From NCBI GenBank assembly GCA_963664395.2, contig OY761159.2:160001-224000 (forward strand): a stretch of 64,000 nt of DNA. The letters run 5' to 3'. Below, piece after piece: positions 1 to 10,873 of the stretch; the first letter of the stretch is position 1, and each line of letters opens with the position of its first letter. The notes below the pieces were generated by a model that was given only the letters and a program-made list of their open reading frames with translations, was not told the origin of the DNA and made no database searches. The translations under genes and the position numbers were made by a program. The stretch comes from Candidatus Binatia bacterium (lineage in GTDB: Bacteria > Desulfobacterota > Binatia > Bin18).

Positions 1-100
1 TCAAAGAGAAAGCAAGGTCGGGAAAGCAAAGTGCCGTTCCCGCGTCCTCCGCTTTCTGGTACAGTACCCGCCAATCTTCACCAGAACAGGGAGCGTTCAC

Positions 101-1036
101 ATGGGCGGAACGAAAATAGGTATTGGCTTTGGGTTATGGGGGCTCGGTTTACCGAGTCCGGACACGATCTGTGACTACGCTGAGCGGGCCGAGGATCAGG
201 GGATCGACTCCATCTGGCTGTCCGATCATATTGTGGCACGCAATCCTTCGTTTGATACGGCCTGTATTATGGCGATGTGGGCCGGACGGACGAAGAAAAT
301 CAAAATGGGCCCGAGTGTGTTGACCATGCCGGCCCGCGATCCTGTTCAGGTCGCCAAAACCTATGCCACCCTGGATTATCTGTCGGGAAGCTGCAACCGG
401 GTGATCATGGCGGTCGGCCTGGGGAGCGACCCCAAAGACTGCCAGGCCTGCGGCGTGCCGCTGAAAAACCGTGGCAAACGGATGGCGGAAGCCGTTGCCG
501 TCATGCGCAAGCTCTGGGCAGGTCCCAATGTAACCCACCAGGGTGAGTTTTATCAGTTTGAAGATGTGACCATTGAACCCCGCCCGGCAAAAGGCGCACT
601 CGATGTCTGGATTGGGGGCGGGAGTGATTTAGCCATCAAACGCACGGTGCGCTATGGCGACGGCTGGTTTCCTTCGCTCGTTACTCCCCAGGAATATGCG
701 GCTGGTCTTCGGAAGATGTTCGAGTACGGCAAGCAGTACGGCCGTAAGGTAGACCCGGACGAAACGGGTGTGCTGATCTTCACCCATATCAATGAGAACC
801 AAAAAAAGGCCGACGAGATCGCGCGCGCGTTTTTGTCTGATTTTCCCACTATGTCAGCCGAGCCGCTGATCGCCCGTTCTGCAATTGGCCCGGCAGAGAT
901 GTGCCTGGAGAAAGTCCAGGCCTATATTGATGAAGGCTGCTCCAAATTCGTGCTCTGGCCCATTGCCCCACCGGATCAGTTAGTGGGCCAGGTAGAGACC
1001 TTTGGACAGAAAATTGTTCCCCACTTCGTCTCGTGA
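101..1036 (+). CDS. LLM class flavin-dependent oxidoreductase (luciferase-like)
   Basis: 311-aa ORF with SIWLSDH, PARDPVQVAK..ATLD and VWIGG..YGDGW motifs typical of the LLM family. Confidence 0.85.
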   Translation: MGGTKIGIGFGLWGLGLPSPDTICDYAERAEDQGIDSIWLSDHIVARNPSFDTACIMAMWAGRTKKIKMGPSVLTMPARDPVQVAKTYATLDYLSGSCNRVIMAVGLGSDPKDCQACGVPLKNRGKRMAEAVAVMRKLWAGPNVTHQGEFYQFEDVTIEPRPAKGALDVWIGGGSDLAIKRTVRYGDGWFPSLVTPQEYAAGLRKMFEYGKQYGRKVDPDETGVLIFTHINENQKKADEIARAFLSDFPTMSAEPLIARSAIGPAEMCLEKVQAYIDEGCSKFVLWPIAPPDQLVGQVETFGQKIVPHFVS

Positions 1037-1108
1037 TTCCCCCGCTCAGACCTCTCAGGACCCATAACTCGTTACGCCATTACCCCTCGCTATTTATTAG
1101 TCATCGTT

Positions 1109-2713
<1,605 letters not shown>

Positions 2714-2816
2714 CGCTGGGGGCACCCCCGCTTATCCGGACTGTCCAGACCCGCTATAGTGTTTCCCTTCTCTCCTTGGCAGTAACGGTATATGCAATAA
2801 GGAGCGGTATATTGGT

Positions 2817-3395
2817 ATGAGCTCGCGACCAGCACAAGGTATCGAGGACTACGTGCGCAACATTCTCCAACACATGGGAGAAGACCCGGACCGGGAGGGC
2901 TTACTCAAGACTCCGCATCGGGTGGCCCGCGCGTTTGAATATCTCACCAAAGGCTATCAACAAGACCCGAAAGAAGTCATTAACGGGGCCATCTTTACCG
3001 AAGAAGACTACTCCGAGATGATTGTCGTCAAAGACATCGATTTCTTCTCGATGTGCGAGCACCATATCCTGCCCTTTTTTGGCCGCGCCAACGTGGCCTA
3101 TATTCCGGACAAACATATTGTGGGGATCAGTAAGATCGCGCGGCTCGTTGACGTGTACGCCCGACGCTTGCAGGTACAAGAACGGCTCACAACCCAAGTG
3201 GCCAATACCATCATGGAAGAGTTGGACCCGGTAGGCGTTGGCGTGATCATCACCGCCGAACACCTATGCATGCGTATGCGGGGAGTGGAAAAGCAGAACT
3301 CAATCGTCACGACCAGCGCGACCCTGGGGGCATTTCGGACCCATCAGGAGACACGCGAGGAATTTATCACCCTCGTCAATGGGCGTCAGCGTTGA
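2817..3395 (+). CDS. folE: GTP cyclohydrolase I
   Basis: Motifs [24 protein letters not shown] and HLCM..RG; AAGGAG ribosome-binding site upstream. Confidence 0.95.
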   Translation: MSSRPAQGIEDYVRNILQHMGEDPDREGLLKTPHRVARAFEYLTKGYQQDPKEVINGAIFTEEDYSEMIVVKDIDFFSMCEHHILPFFGRANVAYIPDKHIVGISKIARLVDVYARRLQVQERLTTQVANTIMEELDPVGVGVIITAEHLCMRMRGVEKQNSIVTTSATLGAFRTHQETREEFITLVNGRQR

Positions 3396-5335
3396 GGCAG
3401 GTAGTCTTGCGCGAAGACCCCAATGGCGTTGTCGAGGTTCAATAAGGCGATCTGGTAGGTGTAGGTTTGATCAATCAGCTGAGTGCGGACCTGGTTGAGG
3501 GCGTTCAGCGCCGTATTGATGTCGAGACTGGTCGAGAGTCCAACCCGGTATTGCTTCGACGTCATATCATAATTCTCGCGCGCCAGCGTCACCTCTTTGC
3601 GCAAGGTCTCCAGTGTCGCGTGTAGCGTCTCAACAGTTAAAAGCGCCTCCCGTACCTCAACCCGAATCTGTTTCTCTAGTTCAGTCACGCGCAATTCAGC
3701 CTGAGAGAAGTTCTCGTTTGCCTCAAGCAGGTCGATTTCTCGCTTCCCGCCATCAAAGATCGCCCAGCGGAGGTTCACAAACAGGGTCCAAAATTCATCC
3801 CGGTTGGCAAACGTCTCCGGGTCAAGCCGGGGATACGAGAATTGGGCATTGACCTGCGGGAAGTAGCGGGTCAGGACAAGATTTTTACGCTCGCGGGCAA
3901 CGCCGACGGCCAAATTCTGAGCACGTAAGTCTTGGCGTTGGGCATAGGCTTGGTCAAGGAGGCTGGTATAGTCACTCCCGGTTTGCTGGGGTGGAGAGGG
4001 TTCCTGCACGCCGACCACTTCGGACAGACCCACCGTTCGGGCCAGAACCGTACGGGCTAGTTTAAGACGGTTCCGATCAACGACAAGGGCCCGTCCGGCA
4101 CGCTCGACTGCAACCTCCGCGCGCAACACATCCGTCTTCGTAACCTCGCCGACGCGAAATCGGACGCGCGCCCGTTTCAGTTCCTCCTGCGCGAGATTCA
4201 GGGCATCTTGCGTGACCTTCACTTGGGCTTCAAACCGCAACACTTCGTAGTAGGCTTGCGCAACACCAAACAACACGCCCCGAATAGTGAACTCGTACCG
4301 CTCCTCCTCCTCCCGAACCGCTTCTTTGCCGAGTCGCCAGGACGGGAAAAACAAGGGTTCAAGAAGCGGCTGGGTGACTTGAAATGTGGTAAGCCAATTA
4401 TTCCGTGGGCGAATGACCGAGGAGCCACCAAAAAGACTTTGCGCTTCAGGAGGGGCATTAAAGGCAATCGCATCCTTATTGCGGGAATAGGAGCCGCCGA
4501 TTTCACCCCGGGGCGTCATCAGTGCAATCGCCCGCCACGGCAGGAGTTCCGCTTTTGCCAGCTCGCGCGCGGCTATTGCGACCTGTTCTTCATTGACAAC
4601 AGCAAGCTGGTAGGCTTCTTCCAAAGCGATTACCCGGCTCGGACTCTCGGCGAGGGGGTGGATGGTCGCGGTCGCCCTTGTTGTGGTTTGCTCCGCTTCC
4701 GCCTCCTCCGGCGGGAGTGTCTTGGCAGCGGTTTGCGTAGCCGCCTCCGGTGGCTGTACTTTCGACTCTATGACCGGTGTAGCTACGGGAGCCGCAGGAC
4801 TCTCATCTTCGACGCGAGCGACAGCCTCTTCGGGTTCAGTTGTCGCATCAGCCCGAGGGATTTCTTCTGAGGGAGGGCCGATTGAAATCTGCAAACGTGG
4901 CGGATCAGATAAGAGCGTCACCTGACACTCCCGTGAGGAAACAAGGTCCAGAACGACCCGGACCGTATCGGCTCGAAACTGGGCCGCCCGGACCTGAAGA
5001 ATCATTGCCGAGTCGACTGCCACATAACGCTGAGCCTGCCGGTCGAGTATAGCGGGAGTCAGGTCCACATAGCAGCGGTCCTTGAGGTTACGCTTGGCAT
5101 CTCCGGGCAGCGCCGCTTGGGAGAACGACACTGACTCTGACAGGGTAATGAGAACGCGGTCCGTATCGGCTGCTATTGACCGAACAGGACCCACCTTGTC
5201 TACTATCGACCGGGCAGGAGCTGAAGAGGCGACGGCCGCCGGAGCGAGTAGAAGTATACACACGCCGATCCAGCCTCCTGTCCACCACAAAGAGGCGTAT
5301 CTGAAAAAAGCATACGGCTGGAAAGCGTACTTCAT
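3386..5335 (-). CDS. TolC-family outer membrane channel with N-terminal AMIN domain
   Basis: Signal-peptide-like N-terminus; AMIN-like segment (RCYVDL...VRAAQF...VRVVLDL); Pro/Glu/Ala/Thr linker; two OEP repeats ([17 protein letters not shown] and [12 protein letters not shown]). Confidence 0.8.
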   Translation of the reverse strand: MKYAFQPYAFFRYASLWWTGGWIGVCILLLAPAAVASSAPARSIVDKVGPVRSIAADTDRVLITLSESVSFSQAALPGDAKRNLKDRCYVDLTPAILDRQAQRYVAVDSAMILQVRAAQFRADTVRVVLDLVSSRECQVTLLSDPPRLQISIGPPSEEIPRADATTEPEEAVARVEDESPAAPVATPVIESKVQPPEAATQTAAKTLPPEEAEAEQTTTRATATIHPLAESPSRVIALEEAYQLAVVNEEQVAIAARELAKAELLPWRAIALMTPRGEIGGSYSRNKDAIAFNAPPEAQSLFGGSSVIRPRNNWLTTFQVTQPLLEPLFFPSWRLGKEAVREEEERYEFTIRGVLFGVAQAYYEVLRFEAQVKVTQDALNLAQEELKRARVRFRVGEVTKTDVLRAEVAVERAGRALVVDRNRLKLARTVLARTVGLSEVVGVQEPSPPQQTGSDYTSLLDQAYAQRQDLRAQNLAVGVARERKNLVLTRYFPQVNAQFSYPRLDPETFANRDEFWTLFVNLRWAIFDGGKREIDLLEANENFSQAELRVTELEKQIRVEVREALLTVETLHATLETLRKEVTLARENYDMTSKQYRVGLSTSLDINTALNALNQVRTQLIDQTYTYQIALLNLDNAIGVFAQDYLPQR

Positions 5336-5443
5336 TGAGTCAAATCATGAGCGGGACATTGCACGCACTGGAGCGCTGAGCTGTATAGACTAAAGATGTA
5401 TCAGCGACTATCCGAAATGCCTATACGGCGCAACGGACTGGGC

Positions 5444-6271
5444 TTACCATTCCAGCCGCGGGGCGGCCGAAGAACCCGCATCCTGGCCTTCCCCCTGCAG
5501 CAGATACAGACCGCTGGGCGCCAATTGAAACGCGCGCTCATCGATCGCCTGCCGGCTGAAAAGACTGGATTGGGAAGTGCCCCCTTCGGGCGGCTGCTGA
5601 TCGAGCAGACTTAGTTGAGACGGTGTCCCCTCGGGCGTCTGCTGATCGAAAATACTGATGGCTTGCGCCGGTTGGGCTCCGGACGAAAACGGGGTGCGCA
5701 GGTCCAGATACTCAAGCGCTCCGGAGGCCTGGAGTTCCGCGGCGGGTTCCTGTCGAGCGACTGGGCGGGCCTGCTCTTCAGGAGCGGGCTCCTGTTGAAG
5801 CGGCTGAGTCAGCGGTTCCGCCGGCATGAAGCCTGCACCGTTCATATTATCCGGCCACGGCGAACGGCCAACAATAATCTGCAGCCGGTCCGGGTTAACA
5901 GCTTGCTTGACCTGGCAGGGCTGAGCGGTAAGGAGATCAAGAACGACGCGCACCGTCTGGGGCTGAAACTGAGCCACACGTACCTGTTGGACATGCTGCA
6001 AGTCCCCAGCATACACGCGTTGGACCCGTTGCCCTAACACGCCGGACACATCAACGTAGCAGCGGTCGGTACGCCCATGCCGCGGGTCCTTGGGCAACGC
6101 CGCCTGAGTATATACCGCAGCGGCTGACAGATGAATCGTGACCTGTTCGGCCGTGACCTCTATAGACTGAACGGCTGCCCTGCCCTCGCTGTTCGCAGCA
6201 AAACTCCAGGTCTCCCACAGGGCCAGGGGAACGGTCATACACAGCAACAACGCGAGTCTGGAAGGCTGCAT
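5444..6271 (-). CDS. Exported AMIN domain protein with low-complexity repeat tail
   Basis: Signal peptide; RCYVDV...[17 protein letters not shown] closely matching the AMIN segment of the adjacent TolC. Confidence 0.7.
   Translation of the reverse strand: MQPSRLALLLCMTVPLALWETWSFAANSEGRAAVQSIEVTAEQVTIHLSAAAVYTQAALPKDPRHGRTDRCYVDVSGVLGQRVQRVYAGDLQHVQQVRVAQFQPQTVRVVLDLLTAQPCQVKQAVNPDRLQIIVGRSPWPDNMNGAGFMPAEPLTQPLQQEPAPEEQARPVARQEPAAELQASGALEYLDLRTPFSSGAQPAQAISIFDQQTPEGTPSQLSLLDQQPPEGGTSQSSLFSRQAIDERAFQLAPSGLYLLQGEGQDAGSSAAPRLEW
5582..5649. repeat. 45-nt-period coding tandem repeat (15 aa)
   Basis: cccttcgggcggctgctgatcga (5582-5604) versus cccctcgggcgtctgctgatcga (5627-5649); protein SIFDQQTPEGTPSQL / SLLDQQPPEGGTSQS. 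Confidence 0.75.
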
Positions 6272-6338
6272 GATGGCGTATACTAGGACGCAAGGCGGTC
6301 TAAACAGTTCCTACCCGTATAAGCCCCTCTATAAAAAA

Positions 6339-6718
6339 GGGGAGGAGATCGGTAAGCCGGATTCTGTGCCCTTCCCTAACAAGAAAGGGCAACGGCCATT
6401 CCTCTAGGCGTATCGTTGCCGATACGCTCAAGCGATCGAACCCAGAGGGTGGAGTGGGGCGACTCTTGCCCATGCTACGGGCTCCTCTTATTTGATCTTG
6501 CTCCAGGTGGGGTTTACCCAGCATCCTTGATCCCTCAAGGACTTGGTGAGCTCTTACCTCACCTTTTCACCCTTACCAGTGAAGTTGCTGGCGGTCTCTT
6601 TTCTGTGGCACTTTCCCTGCCTTACGACACGCTGTCATTAGCAGCCACCCTGCCCCACGGAGTCCGGACTTTCCTCGCTCCTGCATGTACAGGACCGCGA
6701 CCGTTTAATCTCCTCCCA
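6339..6718 (-). ncRNA. rnpB: RNase P RNA (class A)
   Basis: Minus strand carries GAGGAAAGTCCGGACT, GAAAGTGCCACAGAAA, GGTAAACCCCACCTGGAGCAAG and ACAGAATCCGGCTTAC; terminal GGGAGGAGAT/ATCTCCTCCC pairing forms P1. Confidence 0.97.
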
Positions 6719-6725
6719 CACTGTG

Positions 6726-7475
6726 TTAGGCGTCGGACGCTCCATCTGCCTCTAACCGTACGTACACAATCCGCCCACAGTAGGGATGCGGACAGTGGAA
6801 GATATGACTGCTGTCCTGCATTTGGCTACTCTGGATCTGATTACACATATGAGGCGGAATACGCATATGGCAGCCTTGGCAGGTTCCATCTCGCACTTCC
6901 ACAACAGCCAAAGCCCCACGATTACCGAAGATGCGCTCATAGCGCGCGCACAAACTTGCGTCTAAGTTCGCAACGATCTGGTCCCGTTGTCTGCGGTCGG
7001 CCTGCGTCTCCTCTTCCAAGGTCGCTATTTGCGTTTCTACGTTCGCCGTCTCCTCAGTAAGCTGTGTTTGGAGTTCTGCTATGCGCGTTTGGACGTCGAC
7101 GAGCTGTAGTTGTTCTTCTTCGAGCTGCCCCAGCACACTCAGAACGCTTTCTTCTATCAGGCCATTCGCCTCTTTCATCGACTCAATTTCACGCTGGAGT
7201 ACGAGCAGTTCCCGTTCATTCCGCACACGGTTCAAGCGGACCCGTTTCTCTTTGATTTTTTCTTCTTCCAGCTTGAGTTGTCCATCCACCTCGCGCTGCT
7301 GACTTTCCAGTTTGCCGATTCGTTGTTGCCGCTCCTCGGCCTCGCGCTCCCGCATTTCTTTCTCGGCCATAATGGTGGCAACCTGCTGATGGAGATCTTT
7401 CAGTTGCTGCTCTTTCCGCTGAAGGCGCTGATCAAGCTCTTGTAGGCTGACCAGCTGGGTGATCTGCGTGGTCAA
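6726..7475 (-). CDS. C4-type zinc ribbon coiled-coil protein (DUF164 / zf-RING_7 family)
   Basis: Long coiled coil followed by CQGCHM...CPHPYCGRI; TTG start at 7475 after GAAAGGAGGT (the listed ORF start at 7541 overlaps the tRNA). Confidence 0.85.
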   Translation of the reverse strand: MTTQITQLVSLQELDQRLQRKEQQLKDLHQQVATIMAEKEMREREAEERQQRIGKLESQQREVDGQLKLEEEKIKEKRVRLNRVRNERELLVLQREIESMKEANGLIEESVLSVLGQLEEEQLQLVDVQTRIAELQTQLTEETANVETQIATLEEETQADRRQRDQIVANLDASLCARYERIFGNRGALAVVEVRDGTCQGCHMRIPPHMCNQIQSSQMQDSSHIFHCPHPYCGRIVYVRLEADGASDA

Positions 7476-7532
7476 TGCTGACCTCCTTTCACATCCGGTT
7501 TCCGTAGAGAGGTACTCCCCCTCCGTACTGTA

Positions 7533-7606
<74 letters not shown>

Positions 7607-7655
7607 ATCTCTCCGCCTCAGCGGTCCTTTTTATACCATGCTCCTGGTAGTTTTC

Positions 7656-9479
7656 CTACGACCTCCCTAATGCACGTAATGCTTCGAGCCGCTGGCGTAC
7701 TCCCGCCTCGTCCCCGCGTTGCTCCGCCTCACGAATTTCTCGCTGAAGCCGGACTCGCTTGGATTTTTGTTGCACATTCTGGATTTTCTCGATGCAGTCC
7801 CACATCAATTGCTCGTGCGTAGCCGCGGTCTCTTCGGACTCTTCTTCAACAAGCAGTTTTGAGACATGGTCGGCTACCATTTTGGGCAGACGATCGAGAA
7901 ACGTTCCAATGTCGATGCTTGCCCTACCGGCTTGCGGGTCTTGCTGTGCGTGTTGCTGCCAGGCTTGAGCGATATCTGCGGCAACCTCTCCCCACTCTTG
8001 GAAGACGGCAATCAGATTCCGCTCACAGACATGCCGCACGACCTGACGGTCCAGGAGCATGAGTTGGACTAATTCCAATTCAGCCGAGGAGAGGTAGCCG
8101 GTCGGCACGGACGGCTGCCGGTCGGTAGGAAGAGCAGGGCGCCGAGGAGTCCGGTCCGGGCGCAGTCGGCGGAGTTCTTCTTCGTTCACCCCAAAACGCT
8201 GCGCCACCTGAGTCAGCAGCGCTCCTCGAGTTAAGGTGTCGGTCATGGGCGCCAAGACAGCGACGGCTTCTTTCGCCGCTTGGGCACGCTGAAAAGCCGA
8301 CGCCGCAGGAGCCGGGGCGTGTTGCGTAAAATAAAACTCCTCTAATGGCGGGGCCGTGTCGATCAGTTCTTCGAGCCCTTCCCGCCCATACGCTTGCCCG
8401 AACGAATCGGGGTCTTCCCCTTGGGGCAAGAAAATCCCTTTCCCTGTTAATCCGGCTTCAACACACAGCGGAAATGCTCGGGTAGCAGCCCGGCGACCGG
8501 CATCATCGCCGTCAAAAAAAATATATATGTCTGTCGAGAATCGTTTGAGCAACCGTAATTGCTCCAGTGTCAGGGCGGTCCCGAGTATCGCCACGGTCTC
8601 GTCAAAGCCACGTTGCACCAGCGAAAGGAGGTCTGTATACCCCTCAACAACGAGCACCCGGCCGGTATCTCGAATCGGCTCTTTGGCTTGGAAGAGACCG
8701 TACACAAGCGCCCCTTTCTTATACAGGGCCGACTCCGGCGAATTGAGATATTTGGGCTGTGGCCGCTCTCTGCCCGCGTCTCTCTGAGGGTCAGGAATCA
8801 GCCGGCCGCCAAATCCGACTGGCCGGCCGGTCACATCGGTGATAGGAAACATGAGGCGGTGGCGGAATTTATCGTACCAGCGCTGCTCGCCCGACCTGTT
8901 TCTCCCGTCCCGTCCGTCGCGTTCGCCGACAAGCCCCAGGGCGGCCGCTTTGTCCATAGGTGCCCGCCGGGCTGAAAGAAAACGGACCAGGGCGCTCCAA
9001 CCGACAGGAGCATAGCCCAACTGGAAGCGCTCGGCGACGTCCGTATGGATGCCGCGCTCAGCCATATAGCGTCGAGCCGCAACTCCGACATCATCGAGCA
9101 GGCAGCTGCGGAAGTAGGTCTTCGCCAGACTGTTAAGACGGTAGAGGCGTGCCTGTTCTCGCGTATGCGGATCGTCGGGTGCCTGCGGCAAAGAGACCCC
9201 GGCTTTTGCCGCGAGTCGCCGCACTGCTTCGGGAAAGGATAGGCCTTCAAGGCGGCATAAAAAAGTAAACGCGTTGCCTCCAGCCCCACAGCCAAAACAG
9301 TGAAAGAAGCCCCGCTCGTCGTTCACACTGAACGACGGAGTCTTTTCCTCATGGAACGGACACAAACCGGTATAATTCTTCCCCGCTTTGCGCAGGGACA
9401 CGTAGATAGAAATAACCTCAACGATGCTGATTCGGGTACGAATCTCAGTCAGGGTCTCTTCGGGGATGCTGTGTGCCAT
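7656..9479 (-). CDS. dnaG: DNA primase
   Basis: CHC2 zinc finger (CPFHEEKTPSF..CFGCG), KYLNSPE, VVEGYTD, FDGDDAG and DPD TOPRIM motifs; start set to MAHSIPEE. Confidence 0.97.
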   Translation of the reverse strand: MAHSIPEETLTEIRTRISIVEVISIYVSLRKAGKNYTGLCPFHEEKTPSFSVNDERGFFHCFGCGAGGNAFTFLCRLEGLSFPEAVRRLAAKAGVSLPQAPDDPHTREQARLYRLNSLAKTYFRSCLLDDVGVAARRYMAERGIHTDVAERFQLGYAPVGWSALVRFLSARRAPMDKAAALGLVGERDGRDGRNRSGEQRWYDKFRHRLMFPITDVTGRPVGFGGRLIPDPQRDAGRERPQPKYLNSPESALYKKGALVYGLFQAKEPIRDTGRVLVVEGYTDLLSLVQRGFDETVAILGTALTLEQLRLLKRFSTDIYIFFDGDDAGRRAATRAFPLCVEAGLTGKGIFLPQGEDPDSFGQAYGREGLEELIDTAPPLEEFYFTQHAPAPAASAFQRAQAAKEAVAVLAPMTDTLTRGALLTQVAQRFGVNEEELRRLRPDRTPRRPALPTDRQPSVPTGYLSSAELELVQLMLLDRQVVRHVCERNLIAVFQEWGEVAADIAQAWQQHAQQDPQAGRASIDIGTFLDRLPKMVADHVSKLLVEEESEETAATHEQLMWDCIEKIQNVQQKSKRVRLQREIREAEQRGDEAGVRQRLEALRALGRS

Positions 9480-9522
9480 AGCGTTACTGAGTATCGCTGA
9501 GAACGGCGTAGCAAGGCTCCGG

Positions 9523-9555
9523 AAAAGAAAACACCCACCTTCTTGAAGTGGGTGT
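9523..9555 (-). terminator. Intrinsic terminator between rpsU and dnaG
   Basis: ACACCCAC/GTGGGTGT stem followed by a T-rich tract on the minus strand. Confidence 0.7.
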
Positions 9556-9595
9556 CTCTCAGTCAATCGTCACTCACACAATACTACACATCGGC

Positions 9596-9793
9596 TTAAT
9601 ACATGGATCGACTTGCTCGGCGTAACGCACGTTTTCGTGCAGCAATGGCTTTTCGCTTACGACGGACACTCGGCTTTTCGTAGTGTTCGCGTTTCTTCAA
9701 CTCTTGCAGAATACCCGCCTTTTCACACTGCTTTTTAAAACGGCGAATTGCACTTTCAATGGGCTCGTTATCTTTAACTCGTACACCTGCCAT
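9596..9793 (-). CDS. rpsU: 30S ribosomal protein S21
   Basis: [24 protein letters not shown]. Confidence 0.97.
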   Translation of the reverse strand: MAGVRVKDNEPIESAIRRFKKQCEKAGILQELKKREHYEKPSVRRKRKAIAARKRALRRASRSMY

Positions 9794-9849
9794 GCGGCTT
9801 GCTCACCCCCTCCCAACTGGGGACCCTTCGTTTGATTACTTTTCTATCC

Positions 9850-9877
9850 AGCTTAGGGATTTCCCTCGGAAAGTCAA
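9850..9877 (-). promoter_or_regulatory. Putative sigma70 promoter of rpsU
   Basis: TTGACT-16 nt-TAAGCT on the minus strand. Confidence 0.4.
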
Positions 9878-9961
9878 GAGATTGAGGGACTTACGGACTT
9901 GACAGGCAAACCACCCCTGCGCTAAGGAGGCCCCAGAGATATACTAAAGGAGGTCCATTCC

Positions 9962-10747
9962 ATGGAGTTCAAAGAAGTTATTGGCCGGCGTCGCTCTATT
10001 CGCTACTTCCTCCCCTATCGTCCGGTTGAGCGGGAAAAAATTCAAACCATTATGGAGGCAACGCGTCTCTCGTCCTGCGCGGTCAATGCTTCATTTCTCC
10101 GGGCGATCGTGGTGGAACGCGACAAACTCTCCCCCGAAGATCTGGAAGCGCTCAAGGTTCCCACAACGACACTCCAGCTCGACATGGCTCCAGTGCATAT
10201 CTACTTCTACGGCAATCTCAATGCGATTCAGGAAAGCCACGGGCAGACCTTAAAAGAACTCTTTGATGTGGGGGCTCTCAATCCAACCCACGGGTGGAGT
10301 CATAAATTCATTGAAGAGACCGTATGGGCGCAAATTTTAGATCCGATTTCAAAGGACCCCAATATTAATCCCATTGCGGTGTCCATGGACAGTGGAGTCG
10401 CCATGAACCAAGCCCTCCTGACCGCGTTCGACGAAGGCTTGGGCGCACTCCTCACCGCTTTTAATGCGGAAAAGGCTAAAGAAGTGTTTAAGGTTCCAGA
10501 CCATTTTATGCCGCTCTACGCCATGCTTATCGGCTATCCTGCTGAATCCTGGGAGGCGGGTGGACAACGGCCGCGCCCCGCGTTTGAAAGCCTGTATTTT
10601 GAGGGAGAATATGGCGTGCCGATGAAACGTGACCCGGCCGTCGTCGAGCAGCTCAAACACGATAATATGATCCAGGAACCCGCGCCGCTCCCCTGGCGTA
10701 AGGATGAGGTCCGGGCGCTCTCCCGTATGTTTGGCCTGCCTGAGTGA
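9962..10747 (+). CDS. Nitroreductase family protein
   Basis: N-terminal RRRSIR, DSGVAM..LLTAFDEGLG and LIGYP; strong AAGGAGG ribosome-binding site. Confidence 0.85.
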   Translation: MEFKEVIGRRRSIRYFLPYRPVEREKIQTIMEATRLSSCAVNASFLRAIVVERDKLSPEDLEALKVPTTTLQLDMAPVHIYFYGNLNAIQESHGQTLKELFDVGALNPTHGWSHKFIEETVWAQILDPISKDPNINPIAVSMDSGVAMNQALLTAFDEGLGALLTAFNAEKAKEVFKVPDHFMPLYAMLIGYPAESWEAGGQRPRPAFESLYFEGEYGVPMKRDPAVVEQLKHDNMIQEPAPLPWRKDEVRALSRMFGLPE

Positions 10748-10756
10748 GGTGGGGCA

Positions 10757-10779
10757 TCCAGGACGGCAACCGTCCTGGA
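10757..10779 (+). terminator. Perfect hairpin after the nitroreductase gene
   Basis: TCCAGGACGG-CAA-CCGTCCTGGA; no U tract. Confidence 0.4.
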
Positions 10780-10873
10780 ACTCCCAAGAAAGAGGTATTG
10801 TACGCAAACCCCACGTCTTTCCTTTCCCTCCCATATTCGCGAGCAGCTCAACCGTATCCAACCGTTTTCTATC

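Noticed and set aside
6416-7060. 214-aa ORF and the 6300-6524 ORF
   Set aside because: They overlap the RNase P RNA and, for the longer ORF, the zinc ribbon gene
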